DNA of 64,000 nt from an uncultured Candidatus Saccharibacteria bacterium (GTDB taxonomy: Bacteria; Patescibacteriota; Saccharimonadia; CAILAD01; BJGX01), in contig CAYMHI010000003.1 in assembly GCA_964390265.1 (NCBI GenBank), positions 1,332 through 65,331 of the forward strand, read 5' to 3'. The notes beneath the pieces are model-generated. The model saw only the letters and a program-made list of their open reading frames with translations. It made no database searches and was not told the DNA's origin. This document shows positions 46,442-56,449 of the stretch, in pieces (positions within the stretch are counted from its first letter, which is position 1; every line of letters starts with the position of its first letter). A program made the translations under genes and the position numbers.

Positions 46442-46837
46442 ATGCCTACACTAGTAGTTGAAGAGGTATGCGAGATCCACTTCCTCGATCCCGTACCAAA
46501 ATCTACGTGTACAATCTGCAGCAAGAAATCCACAAAGAAATCACGTGCTAGGACAGCCGGTGGTATTGCCAAGATTATTGTTCCTTCCAGCGCAAGGCCC
46601 AAGAAGCCTGTATTCATGTGGGATCCCCAAAGGCTTAATGTACGGAATATTCCGGTTGATCGTGACATCGTCCATATCACCAGAACCTTTTCAATGGAAG
46701 AATTCAGGCAGCTTGCAGTAACTCTTCCCGGCCTGATTATTGTGGAAGTTATTCCGTCATCAATACCGCTTGTAGAAGCAAACATTGAATGGTTTAAAAA
46801 ATTCAATGTGGGTATTACGGCTCAATGCCGTAAATAA
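46442..46837 (+). CDS. Hypothetical protein (131 aa), GC-shifted
   Basis: RBS AAGGA 6 nt upstream; weak hairpin plus T-run downstream at about 46869-46895. Competing ORFs on both strands in the same interval reduce confidence. Confidence 0.3.
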   Translation: MPTLVVEEVCEIHFLDPVPKSTCTICSKKSTKKSRARTAGGIAKIIVPSSARPKKPVFMWDPQRLNVRNIPVDRDIVHITRTFSMEEFRQLAVTLPGLIIVEVIPSSIPLVEANIEWFKKFNVGITAQCRK

Positions 46838-46896
46838 AGAGTTGCAACGGTAGGAATTAGTCAAACCTCAAGCCAGTGTGCTTGGGGTTTTTATAT

Positions 46897-48123
46897 TTAA
46901 TCCGCGATAATATCGTTATATATAGATAAATAATCTCTAAGCATTATTGGTGTTATAAACTTATTAGCAACCATTTTTCTAGCATTTACACCAATTTGTT
47001 TATAGTCTTGGGAATTACTGATTACCTGGGCAATTTGTTTAGCAGTATTACTTGTATTACTATCCAAATAAAAGCCGGTTTTGCCGTCTACAATTTGTGA
47101 TTTAATACCACCTACCGGATTGGTAAACACTATCTTTTCTTTCCATAGAGCCTCCGTAATAGTTAAGCCAAAGCCTTCTTCGGTGGAGTTTTGTATAATT
47201 AAAGTGGCTGATCTTTGTAAGGCATTAATAGTTGTATCATCAACATTAACAATAGTTTGAATTTTACTTCCAAACTTCTCGGCCTTTGACTTAACTAGTT
47301 TAAAGTATGGTTCACCCTCAGGGTCATCTGTCGAATAATCTCCAGCTAATATACAATTCAAGTTAGGCACTAATTTGTGTGCGTGCTCAAAAATATCAAT
47401 TACACCAAGAGGATTTTTGAACTTATCAAATCTAGAAACTTGTAGTAAATATGGTATATTCTTATCAATATTGTTTTTATTTAGTTGCGCGCCGATTTCA
47501 GCCCCTGAAAGTGATTTATTTTTGTCACTTAATGGATCGATAGAGGGATAAACTATAGCTACTTTGTTTTCTTCAGCTCCCACTGCATAATCTTGTTGTG
47601 AAAATATTAGTTTATCAAAATTTTTATAGTAACTTTGAGCCCAGCTTAAGACTTGCGGATTGGCCATAGTTGTATCTATATGGCAACGCCAAATTAGTTT
47701 ATTGCTCGGCAATAATGGAGCCAGGCCAATAGTTTGGGGGTCGTGCAAGACATACATGTCGCCGTCCTGTGGAATATCTTTTGCTATACTCGCCAGATGA
47801 TTGTTGTAATAGTCAAAATCTAATTCGTTAGGTAGTGCACACTTGCCTTGCAAGCAATTATGTATATTTTTGGTAATAGTAAAATATCGCTCATCGGGGT
47901 CTAGTACTAACCAATTTATATCTAACCCTAAATCTTTATAAAGGGGCATTTGGGCATACAATAATTCGGCTACACCGCCACCTTTGGACGTAGAATTGAT
48001 TTCGTAAATTTTTTTACCCTGTAGATTTTTAGAAATTTTAGTAAGTTGATTAATTAAATCGCTACTTACAATATTATGGTAATCGGACAGTTTGCGATAA
48101 GTGAATTTGTTTATATTCTGCAT
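46897..48123 (-). CDS. GT4-family glycosyltransferase, trehalose synthase (TreT)-like
   Basis: N-terminal NSTSKGGGVAELL resembles the TreT/GT4 nucleotide-sugar pocket; 408 aa. Confidence 0.45.
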   Translation of the reverse strand: MQNINKFTYRKLSDYHNIVSSDLINQLTKISKNLQGKKIYEINSTSKGGGVAELLYAQMPLYKDLGLDINWLVLDPDERYFTITKNIHNCLQGKCALPNELDFDYYNNHLASIAKDIPQDGDMYVLHDPQTIGLAPLLPSNKLIWRCHIDTTMANPQVLSWAQSYYKNFDKLIFSQQDYAVGAEENKVAIVYPSIDPLSDKNKSLSGAEIGAQLNKNNIDKNIPYLLQVSRFDKFKNPLGVIDIFEHAHKLVPNLNCILAGDYSTDDPEGEPYFKLVKSKAEKFGSKIQTIVNVDDTTINALQRSATLIIQNSTEEGFGLTITEALWKEKIVFTNPVGGIKSQIVDGKTGFYLDSNTSNTAKQIAQVISNSQDYKQIGVNARKMVANKFITPIMLRDYLSIYNDIIAD

Positions 48124-48146
48124 AAAACTCTAATCTCTGGGAGTAG

Positions 48147-49523
48147 CTAGATATGTACCCTAGATACCATGGTTCCTAGATTAGTATCGGCTACAGCTAA
48201 TTTATGCTTTTCTTTTAAGATAACTCGCAATTTGTCAGATTTAGTAAAGTCTTTTTGGGTTCTAACGTCAATATATTCATTGAGTGTGTTTGACTCTTCA
48301 AGGGTTAATGGCTTTATTTTTAAAAGCTGAAGGCCCAACACAGAGTCGGCAAATTCTATAGCTTTTAGGCTTTCTTGGGTATAGATTTTGCCCTCTACAG
48401 CGCTCATAGCAGCGATAGCGTCTGGAGTGTTTAAATCGTCTTCAAGTGCAGACTTGAAATGTTGCATAAATTTACTAGTTTCGCCACTAGTATCTGTTGG
48501 ATCAAATTTAATTGGGCTAAGAACTAAGTTTTCTACGTAAATACGTAAGTTATTTAATCGCTCGTGTGCTGATTGTAATGCACTAGAGCTATAATCCATT
48601 TGCGAACGATAATGAGCTAGCAAAACTAGTAAGCGAAAAGCCAAAGGATCCGGCATAGTTTCAACTTTGGTTATATTACCCAAACTCTTGCTCATTTTTT
48701 CGCCACTAATATTTAAAAATTCATTATGGATGTAAAAGTTGGCTTGCGCTCCACCACACTGAGCAAGTTCGTTTTCGTGATGAGGAAACTTTAAATCAAC
48801 TCCACCGGTGTGAATATCGAAGGGCTGGCCTAGATACTTTGTGCTCATGGCTGAGCACTCTATGTGCCATCCCGGGCGTCCGGGATAATTTTTATCTTGC
48901 CAAATAAAATCCCAGGCAGGTTCATTGTTTTTTTGGGCTTTCCAGAGCGCAAAGTCGCCCACCCCTTCTTTCTGGTCTTGGTCGTCAGTAACTCTTGCTT
49001 GGGAGTCAAAATTTAAATTAATAAGTTGCCCATATTTATGCCCGCTTTGGGTATATTTTTCTATACTAAAATATATACTGCCCTGGCTAACGTAAGCAAT
49101 TTGTTCCTTCAATAGTTGCTTAATTAGCTCTTGCATAGCATCAATATGGTCTGTAGCCCTGGGCAACTTATTAATATCGCCACGATTGATTCCAACCTTT
49201 TCAATATCGTCTATAAATATATCGGTGTATTTGTCGGCGAGTTTTGCTAGTGCCAACATTGCATCTTTGTCATTACTTACTTTATCTAGTTGAGCTATCA
49301 TCTTATCGTCTATATCGGTAATATTCATCACCCATTTAACGTCTAAGTTCTCTACATGGCGCAATACTCTTTGTAATAAATCATCGACAATAAAAGATCT
49401 TAAATTACCAATATGAACATGGTCATAAACAGTAGGCCCACATGAGTAAATAGTTGCCAAATCCTTCTTTATAGGCTTAAATTCATCTTTAGCTTTGGTG
49501 AGTGAATTGTATAGTCGTAGCAT
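48147..49523 (-). CDS. cysS: Cysteine--tRNA ligase
   Basis: CGPTVYDHVHIGNLR (HIGH region with the CysRS-specific CGPTVY) and KMSKSLGN. Confidence 0.85.
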   Translation of the reverse strand: MLRLYNSLTKAKDEFKPIKKDLATIYSCGPTVYDHVHIGNLRSFIVDDLLQRVLRHVENLDVKWVMNITDIDDKMIAQLDKVSNDKDAMLALAKLADKYTDIFIDDIEKVGINRGDINKLPRATDHIDAMQELIKQLLKEQIAYVSQGSIYFSIEKYTQSGHKYGQLINLNFDSQARVTDDQDQKEGVGDFALWKAQKNNEPAWDFIWQDKNYPGRPGWHIECSAMSTKYLGQPFDIHTGGVDLKFPHHENELAQCGGAQANFYIHNEFLNISGEKMSKSLGNITKVETMPDPLAFRLLVLLAHYRSQMDYSSSALQSAHERLNNLRIYVENLVLSPIKFDPTDTSGETSKFMQHFKSALEDDLNTPDAIAAMSAVEGKIYTQESLKAIEFADSVLGLQLLKIKPLTLEESNTLNEYIDVRTQKDFTKSDKLRVILKEKHKLAVADTNLGTMVSRVHI

Positions 49524-49526
49524 TGT

Positions 49527-50072
49527 TTATGGCTTGGTTTCAAAGACGATTTTGCGCAATACCTCGGCAGTATGTCGGCAGTCCTCTAGGGCGTCGTGGG
49601 CTTTGCGTGACGGCAGGCCAAACTCTTGAAAGGTTTGTTCTGAACGGTATATATCTCCCCGTCCCTGCCGAACAAAATGTATATAAATGATTGGCCAGAT
49701 GTCGAGTATATGAAAATCATATTCCATAAAATCATGGCCAATGCCGGTCATCATATCTTCTAGCATTTTGGTATCCAACATAGTCGTCCAGCAGCTCAGA
49801 TATACATTGGTGCCAAAATAGTCTAAAAACTTTTGCATCACTTCGTCTTGGCTAGGTGCATCTTTAAGCATCTCTTTAGTAATGCCGTGTATAGCGCTTG
49901 CTCTAGGGTCAGATCCTTCAATTTCTTGCTTAATGTAGCTACTAAATTCTTTTTTCTCTTTAAGAGTATTTTTGTCGAGTAATACAGCGGCTAGTTGAAT
50001 AGGCTTGGCCAGTGGCGGACGACCATCGGTGGTCTCAAAATCTATCATTAAAATATCTTTTTTGAACTTCAT
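49527..50072 (-). CDS. DEDDh-family 3'-5' exonuclease (DnaQ/oligoribonuclease-like)
   Basis: Exo I LMIDFETT, Exo II, Exo III H-x4-D (AHDALEDCRH). Confidence 0.6.
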   Translation of the reverse strand: MKFKKDILMIDFETTDGRPPLAKPIQLAAVLLDKNTLKEKKEFSSYIKQEIEGSDPRASAIHGITKEMLKDAPSQDEVMQKFLDYFGTNVYLSCWTTMLDTKMLEDMMTGIGHDFMEYDFHILDIWPIIYIHFVRQGRGDIYRSEQTFQEFGLPSRKAHDALEDCRHTAEVLRKIVFETKP

Positions 50073-50204
50073 TATCTTATTATACCTGGAATGGACGCTT
50101 GACGCTAGACGGTTGAATCTAGCATTGTTTAGACACCCCAGGCTTAATTAGAAATCACTAAAACAACCACTAATTAAAAAGCCCGAGTATATACTCGGAC
50201 AAAG

Positions 50205-50951
50205 TCACTTTAGCAAGATAGTCCAGTATGGATATGGATCGTCATCGATAGATATATCGTAGCCGGCATCTTCATAGTGACGTCGCACCAGCTTCATGGT
50301 GTCGGGATGAATTGGATAATGAATAACCAATTTAAGTCCGTCAATTGAAAGGTCGTAAGCTTCTTCCCATAGTTTGTATTCAATCAGTCCAATCACAAGC
50401 TCAAGCTGAGTGCGACGATGTCGCGACAGCGCCTGGAGCATTCTTTTTGGCGTAATTCTTTCAGTGCCTAGAGTTTCCATATCGGTACCTATGAAGTATC
50501 TTGGATGGATTGCAATTGTTTTATGGAGGACAACCGATAACGCATCGTTATCGAGTTGAGTTAGCTTACCATCCTTATGCATTGCCAAAAGTTGCTCTTT
50601 TGATACCCACCAGCTAAAGTTGGTGCCCGCAGGAAATCGTAAAGACTCTGAAGTTTTGGCTTCACAAACTACCGCTAGTATCATCAACTCGTCGTCTTGT
50701 ACGATATCTTGTGGGATATCTCGCAAATCAAAAGAACGTATGAAATGTATTGTAGGTAACATTAGGCCAAATCGTTCACGAGCACTTGCTGCGAGGCGCT
50801 CTACCACCCAATCAATTTCACCAGGCGCGTCTTTATCGAGCATTACCTGGACACCAAACATATATCTTTCAAATAATTGATTATATTCTACCAAATATTC
50901 GCCTTTGTAGTTTTCAACTGCAAGTACAGCGCAGGTTCTAAACACTATCAC
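50205..50951 (-). CDS. Hypothetical protein (248 aa)
   Basis: ORF track; no recognisable motif; co-directional with recR/ybaB. Confidence 0.35.
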   Translation of the reverse strand: MIVFRTCAVLAVENYKGEYLVEYNQLFERYMFGVQVMLDKDAPGEIDWVVERLAASARERFGLMLPTIHFIRSFDLRDIPQDIVQDDELMILAVVCEAKTSESLRFPAGTNFSWWVSKEQLLAMHKDGKLTQLDNDALSVVLHKTIAIHPRYFIGTDMETLGTERITPKRMLQALSRHRRTQLELVIGLIEYKLWEEAYDLSIDGLKLVIHYPIHPDTMKLVRRHYEDAGYDISIDDDPYPYWTILLK

Positions 50952-51016
50952 TCCCTTGGTAGGTACTAAGTGGTTGTAATTATTTCATATACTTCTATAT
51001 AAGACAATCATAAGTA

Positions 51017-51616
51017 TTAAAAAGCCTGGCGGTTATCAAGTGCTCTACCAAGTGTCATTTGGTCAGCATACTCCAGGTCGCCACCCATTGGCAGACCATG
51101 AGCCAGCTTGGTGACACGCACTGGCATGTCTTTGAGTTGGCGCAAAATGTAGAGAGCCGTGGTTTCACCTTCTAGATTGGGGTTGGTGGCGAGTATTATT
51201 TCTTCTGGCTTGGTTTTTTCTATTCTTTTAAGCAGGCTACCTATCTCAATATCATCAGGACCAATCCCGTCTATAGGGCTTATTACGCCGTGCAAAACAT
51301 GATACTTGCCTTTGTATAGACCGGTTTTTTCAATAGCGACAATATCGAGCGGTTGGGAGACCACGCAAATAGACGAATCGGATCGATTGGGGTTTTGGCA
51401 TATCTTACAGGTTGGCTGGGTGCTAAAATTTTGACACTTATTACACCTTACAATGCCATCTTTGAGCTTCAATGCGGCCTCACCCAAGCTAGTGCTATCT
51501 TCACTTTTGAGTAAATAAAAAACCAATCGCTCCGCTGTTTTGGGCCCAATACTGGGCAGCTTAGCAAATTCGTCTATTAATTTAATAACACTTTCTGGTA
51601 AAACTTCTGAATTCAA
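51017..51616 (-). CDS. recR: Recombination protein RecR
   Basis: C4 zinc finger (CNKCQN...CKIC), Toprim domain. Confidence 0.8.
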   Translation of the reverse strand: MNSEVLPESVIKLIDEFAKLPSIGPKTAERLVFYLLKSEDSTSLGEAALKLKDGIVRCNKCQNFSTQPTCKICQNPNRSDSSICVVSQPLDIVAIEKTGLYKGKYHVLHGVISPIDGIGPDDIEIGSLLKRIEKTKPEEIILATNPNLEGETTALYILRQLKDMPVRVTKLAHGLPMGGDLEYADQMTLGRALDNRQAF

Positions 51617-51720
51617 AATACGCCCTCGTTTTTATCTTGACGATCGACGCTAGATAATAGAATCTCGACAAGGCCTTGGCGGCTTTCCCGAGCGTCAATA
51701 GTCAGGCGTCAATAGTCTAA

Positions 51721-52029
51721 TTACATTCCTGGCAGGTTCATAGAACCGGCTATCTCTTGCATCTTACCGGTAGCCTCGCTCATCAGCTCTTTGTTTGCCT
51801 GGTTGATAGCCGATACAAGCAGGCGTTCTAAACGATCCATATCTTCTGTGGCTTCAGGCTTAATATCGATAGCTTGCACTTCAACATTCATGCTGGTTTG
51901 CGATATTGACATACCGGCGGTCACTTTTACATCGCCGTCACCAGCTTCGGCCTCTATTTTCATGCGCTTAAGTTCTTTTTGCAGTTTTAGAGCTTTTTGA
52001 GCCATCTTGGCTTTATCCATCATTCCCAT
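51721..52029 (-). CDS. ybaB: Nucleoid-associated protein YbaB/EbfC
   Basis: MGMMDKAKMAQKALKLQKELKRMKIEAEAGDG...VKVTAGMSIS pattern; position upstream of recR. Confidence 0.75.
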   Translation of the reverse strand: MGMMDKAKMAQKALKLQKELKRMKIEAEAGDGDVKVTAGMSISQTSMNVEVQAIDIKPEATEDMDRLERLLVSAINQANKELMSEATGKMQEIAGSMNLPGM

Positions 52030-52074
52030 AATTTTTCTCCCGTTTAATACAGACTAAATTCTATCTAGTGTTTA

Positions 52075-53550
52075 TTATTTTACTTGATAAAGTCTAATTT
52101 CGCTATACCCAGCTTGGCTCTGTAATAGTAGTACCCAGTTTGATGGAATCTGATTATAATAATCATGTTCACCAGTCTTTCCAATGATCCACACTCTTCC
52201 TGGTAGCACTTTTGAATAGGAATCTAAATATACATTTTGGTTATATAATAGCCCCGATTCGCCGTAGCCATTTAAGTTACTATTGGCCGTATAAAGACCA
52301 ATTATTTTACCCGTGGAGTTATAATAACTTGCGTCAAAATATACATATAACTCGCCAGCCAGTATGGTATCGCTAGATTGGACCTGATTGTTAATAATTT
52401 TTATTACTTGAGACATCTTATGCGAAGACTGGGCATAAACGTTGCGTACGCCAATCAATTCTGTACCAATTACCAATGCCGATAGCAATACTAGTAACCA
52501 AGTTCGTTTGCCAGCCAACTTATCTATGCTAATGGCGATAATTAAATATATTCCTACTGCTACAAATACAAAATATCGTTCATGAAATATTGGCTTTTGT
52601 AATGATACTGCTAAAGCGATGATGATAGGAACAAAGCTATAAGAAGCCAGTAGGCGAGAATATTTATGTATACCCTTATCGCTAAAAACTAGATATATCG
52701 AAAGAGCTATTATTAGTATTGGCACTAACCAATACAAATAAACTATTAATTTTTGCGCATCGGTAAAGGTTAAATATTGCCATATTGTATCGTGAAATGT
52801 TTGCCAGGAAGTTTTTGGTAGCCAACCCAAGCCCTGTCCACGACGTAATTGGGCAATCATATTGGGTACCCACGGTATAAACAGCAATATTGCCACAATA
52901 TTAGCAAGCCACCAGCGTCCAGATAAAATTATTGATTTATTAAATCTTATATGAGTTGGTTTTTGCATTACTAACAAGTATATCCACATAGCAATAACCA
53001 CAAGAGCTGCGAAATAGTGCGTATATAGTCCGGCCACGATAGATAACGTATACAAAATATATGGCCACGAACTTTTGGGTTTTTGAGCAATGCAGGCCAC
53101 GGAGTACAAAGCTAATAACATAAACAAGCCCAGTAAACCATACATACGTGCCTCTTGACTATAACGAATTAGAAAAGGCGCGCAAGCCAAAATTAAACTA
53201 GCCAAGATAGCAGCTCTGTTAGTGGCAATTTTTTTAACTACCAAGTAGCCTACTGGTATCAAGGCTACTCCTGCTAGAGCGCTTAGACTCCTAATCGCTA
53301 ACGCAGAAGTGCCAAACAATCGTATCCAAAAGTGCAAAAGTTCATAATACAGTGGTGGATGAACATCGCGCGCCGAGCCAGCCCAAATAAGTTCGGGTGA
53401 GCGAGTGGCTAAAAATATCGAGAATCCTTCGTCATGCCAGATGCTTGCTTTAGTAATATTAATAATTCTTAGTGCTGCACCCAAACTAGTAGCCGCTAGC
53501 AACCACAGTAAACTGATTAGACTACTTTTTTTAGGCGACCATTTGTTCAT
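52075..53550 (-). CDS. GT-C fold membrane glycosyltransferase (GT39/GT83 PMT/ArnT-like)
   Basis: About 11 TM helices; DE-type motif in the first extracytoplasmic loop (IWHDEGF). Confidence 0.55.
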   Translation of the reverse strand: MNKWSPKKSSLISLLWLLAATSLGAALRIINITKASIWHDEGFSIFLATRSPELIWAGSARDVHPPLYYELLHFWIRLFGTSALAIRSLSALAGVALIPVGYLVVKKIATNRAAILASLILACAPFLIRYSQEARMYGLLGLFMLLALYSVACIAQKPKSSWPYILYTLSIVAGLYTHYFAALVVIAMWIYLLVMQKPTHIRFNKSIILSGRWWLANIVAILLFIPWVPNMIAQLRRGQGLGWLPKTSWQTFHDTIWQYLTFTDAQKLIVYLYWLVPILIIALSIYLVFSDKGIHKYSRLLASYSFVPIIIALAVSLQKPIFHERYFVFVAVGIYLIIAISIDKLAGKRTWLLVLLSALVIGTELIGVRNVYAQSSHKMSQVIKIINNQVQSSDTILAGELYVYFDASYYNSTGKIIGLYTANSNLNGYGESGLLYNQNVYLDSYSKVLPGRVWIIGKTGEHDYYNQIPSNWVLLLQSQAGYSEIRLYQVK

Positions 53551-53554
53551 AACT

Positions 53555-54322
53555 TTACTTCTTATATTTACCGGTCGTCAGGCCCCATTTAATCTTAATA
53601 AGGTCCGGGAATGTTTGCAGAGCTGCTTTGGCGGCTGAAAATTTTGAACTTGACACCTTACTACCCTCTTTAATGTCTTGCCAATCTGGCACATCAATAG
53701 TTTCTATTTGGTAGCCCATTTGCCGCGCAATAGCTAGTACCTCCATATCAAAGCCCCAGCCCATCACGGTTTGTTTGGCAAAAATTGCCTGTGCAGACTT
53801 TTTATTAAAGGCCTTAAAACCACACTGAGTATCTTTAATACCAGGCAAAATTAGCAATTGAACCAAAAAATTAGCACCGCCAGATATAAATTTGCGCAAT
53901 CCGGTATGGCTTTTTTGGAGATTGCGCACACAGATACCTATAGGCTTGTCCTTTTTTGCCAAGTCTAATACATCATCAAGATATTTTAGCGGAGTGGCCA
54001 AGTCGGCATCCATAAAAACAATATATTCACCTTGAGCAGCCAGCATTCCCATTTGCACTTGTTTACCTTTAATAGCTTTTTTGTGTGGCTTAGGGCCAGC
54101 ATCTATTAATTTAAAGTGCTTAAAAAAATGTCCCGATTTCTTAGCTACCTCGGCAGTACCATCGGGGCTCTGAGCATCAACCACAATTAGCTCAGCAGAT
54201 ATTTTTTTGGAATTAATATACTTAGCTATCTGCGAAATTGTGTCTTCAATCCTAAAAGCCTCTTTATAGGTAGGAATCACAATGCTAAGATCGATCATGT
54301 CGGGTTGGTTTTTTGAGCTCAT
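53555..54322 (-). CDS. GT2-family polyprenyl-phosphate sugar synthase (Dpm1/GtrB/ArnC-like)
   Basis: LSIVIPTYKE N-terminus, DAD (VVDAQSPDGT ... MDADL) motifs. Confidence 0.7.
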   Translation of the reverse strand: MSSKNQPDMIDLSIVIPTYKEAFRIEDTISQIAKYINSKKISAELIVVDAQSPDGTAEVAKKSGHFFKHFKLIDAGPKPHKKAIKGKQVQMGMLAAQGEYIVFMDADLATPLKYLDDVLDLAKKDKPIGICVRNLQKSHTGLRKFISGGANFLVQLLILPGIKDTQCGFKAFNKKSAQAIFAKQTVMGWGFDMEVLAIARQMGYQIETIDVPDWQDIKEGSKVSSSKFSAAKAALQTFPDLIKIKWGLTTGKYKK

Positions 54323-55890
54323 TGATTTACTCTATAGCTAAGATACAGCAATTTTTTATTGTAGCTGGAGTAGTATGGTCTGAGTTGACCGTTAGGGTAT
54401 TTAGCTTTTAGTATATCGGTAATTTTTTGAGCTTGATCACCCTGAGGGTAAACATAAAGTAGTTTCTGAGTAGACAACGATTGATTTTGAAGTTCGTCGA
54501 TACTTAGTAGTGAATAGACCGACTTACCAAAGGTAAGGTACTGCGTAGGCATCGCCTCATAGCCACCTGCGATTAAATAGTTGGTACCTACTTGTTGGGC
54601 AGGGTTGGCATTTAAAAAGTAGCCCACTTGAACCATGTTCTCGCCGTAGGCCGAGTATGTCATGGGGTCTTGGGCCCATGCTACAAAGTATTGCCGCCAA
54701 CCAATAATAGCTGTAAGCGCTAGTAGAATACTTATACTTATTACCCCGGTATTTCTTGCTGGATTGTTAATTGGAAATGTTTTGTACCATCTGGTAAGTA
54801 GATAATTAATACCAACGGCTGCAATAGTAAATACACTAGCTGCCGTACCGATACTTCTTAGGGCGTGCGGTAATCCCTCGGCGGTAAGAATAGACGGTAA
54901 CATCATGGCAAAGAACATAGCAAGTATGGCCGCGTATTTAACTCTGGTAAAGCGACTAAAAGCAACTAGCAAGCCCAATATAAGCATGAGTCCAACAAAT
55001 GTATTGAGTAAAGGCTCGCCCGGCAAGTTGTGGCGACTATTTTGGTCGCCCTGATAGTTAAATTGCAATAAAGTTTTACCAGTGCTATCAAAAAGTGTTT
55101 GTAGGGGCTTGCCATTATTAAGTTCTTTGTTTAAAAAGCTAGTACCACCGGCCCTAGCTGTAGAATCGCCAGGGTGTCGTACGATAGTAACGATTAGCGG
55201 CGATAAGGTAATTAAAAATATAACGCCACCTATTAATACATTCTTAATATTACTTAGTAGCCACTGACGCTTGAGGGCCAATAAATAAAGAAAACCACCT
55301 AAAACAATCACGCCAAACATAGTAAAAGCAGTATAAGTGTAGAAACCTAATCCCAAAAATAATCCAGCCAGCAAAAAGTAACGTGTTTTGTTTGTTTTGT
55401 AAGCTCGACCTCCAAAATAGGCCACTAGAGCTATCATTAAAGGCACCATGCTGGCTCTAAATCCGTCTCTGCTTACGGTATTAACCCAAGGATTTACAGC
55501 TATTAAAAAGGCCGCTATGAGTGCCGTTCTACGTCCAAACCAATCTTTGGTATATAAATACACTACAAATACGGTCAATATACCAAGTAGCGCCGGTGCT
55601 AGGCGTAGCGCCAAAATAGTATTGCCGAATATTAGCACAAACAATGCTTGCAAAAAGAAAAATAAAGATTCACGTGGGCCGTTAGTATTATAGATAATTC
55701 GCCAATCATAATGATAAATGCGCTGCAAAATATCTAGCCCGTTAGCGGCTTCGTCGGGATGCAGGCCAGGTGGTAAACTATTTAATTGATACAATCGAAA
55801 AATAGTTGCCAACCCCAAAATACCAATTAAGATAATTAAAGCTCGCTTGTCTTTTATAAATGCCAGTAGTTTAGAATTATTTTTTTTCAT
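54319..55890 (-). CDS. Second GT-C fold membrane glycosyltransferase (PMT/ArnT-like paralog)
   Basis: Polytopic; LHPDEAANGLD motif in the first loop. Confidence 0.55.
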   Translation of the reverse strand: MKKNNSKLLAFIKDKRALIILIGILGLATIFRLYQLNSLPPGLHPDEAANGLDILQRIYHYDWRIIYNTNGPRESLFFFLQALFVLIFGNTILALRLAPALLGILTVFVVYLYTKDWFGRRTALIAAFLIAVNPWVNTVSRDGFRASMVPLMIALVAYFGGRAYKTNKTRYFLLAGLFLGLGFYTYTAFTMFGVIVLGGFLYLLALKRQWLLSNIKNVLIGGVIFLITLSPLIVTIVRHPGDSTARAGGTSFLNKELNNGKPLQTLFDSTGKTLLQFNYQGDQNSRHNLPGEPLLNTFVGLMLILGLLVAFSRFTRVKYAAILAMFFAMMLPSILTAEGLPHALRSIGTAASVFTIAAVGINYLLTRWYKTFPINNPARNTGVISISILLALTAIIGWRQYFVAWAQDPMTYSAYGENMVQVGYFLNANPAQQVGTNYLIAGGYEAMPTQYLTFGKSVYSLLSIDELQNQSLSTQKLLYVYPQGDQAQKITDILKAKYPNGQLRPYYSSYNKKLLYLSYRVNQ

Positions 55891-56404
55891 CTACAAACAC
55901 GAAGTATTTATACATTAGGTAATTATAGACTAGCACCACCAAAATAGCAGCCATCAGAGCCAGATTACGCTCGTCAAAATCTCGACTTAGCGGCAAATGC
56001 AATCCCGATGTAATAGAATAAGCTAGTTGCGACGGCCAAACCCACACATCTGTAAAAAGCTTTAATATTATTGGCCTAATAATATATAACCCTGCGATAG
56101 TAATGATAAAAAAGTAAACTGTATGCTTGGTATCTATATTACGTTTACGAAATGTAAAGCGCATATTAAAAATATAGCTGTTTACCATGGCTACTGTACC
56201 AGATATTAAGCCAGCCGCGACAATACCGGTAATAGCGACTGTTACGCCAAAAAATGTGGCCGTAAACAAAACACTACCCTTGGGCAAAATAGTTATTACC
56301 AAGATATTTAAAATTACAAAGTCCACCACAGTGTTGAGTATCCCCACCAAGCCAAATCGGCCTACCTGCTTTACTTCGTGATCTGAATGTTTTGTGGTTT
56401 TCAT
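55877..56404 (-). CDS. GtrA-family membrane protein (putative polyprenyl-phosphate-sugar flippase component)
   Basis: RFGLVGILNTVVDFVILNIL GtrA-like N-terminus, 4 TM. Confidence 0.6.
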   Translation of the reverse strand: MKTTKHSDHEVKQVGRFGLVGILNTVVDFVILNILVITILPKGSVLFTATFFGVTVAITGIVAAGLISGTVAMVNSYIFNMRFTFRKRNIDTKHTVYFFIITIAGLYIIRPIILKLFTDVWVWPSQLAYSITSGLHLPLSRDFDERNLALMAAILVVLVYNYLMYKYFVFVDEKK

Positions 56405-56449
56405 AGTTGTTATTCTTAGTATAGCGCAGAGTTAAAAACTAAAAAAGCC

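Noticed and set aside
46426-46806. Minus-strand 126-aa ORF and plus-strand 87-aa ORF overlapping the 131-aa ORF
   Set aside because: They are mutually exclusive overlapping frames in a GC-rich patch. The plus 131-aa frame has the best RBS and a downstream T-run, so the others were not reported, though none is certain.
44836-46895. Integrated mobile element at tRNA-Gln
   Set aside because: No integrase, transposase or recognisable att direct repeat was seen, only a compositional anomaly in one small ORF. It is reported as a low-level finding rather than a mobile_element feature.
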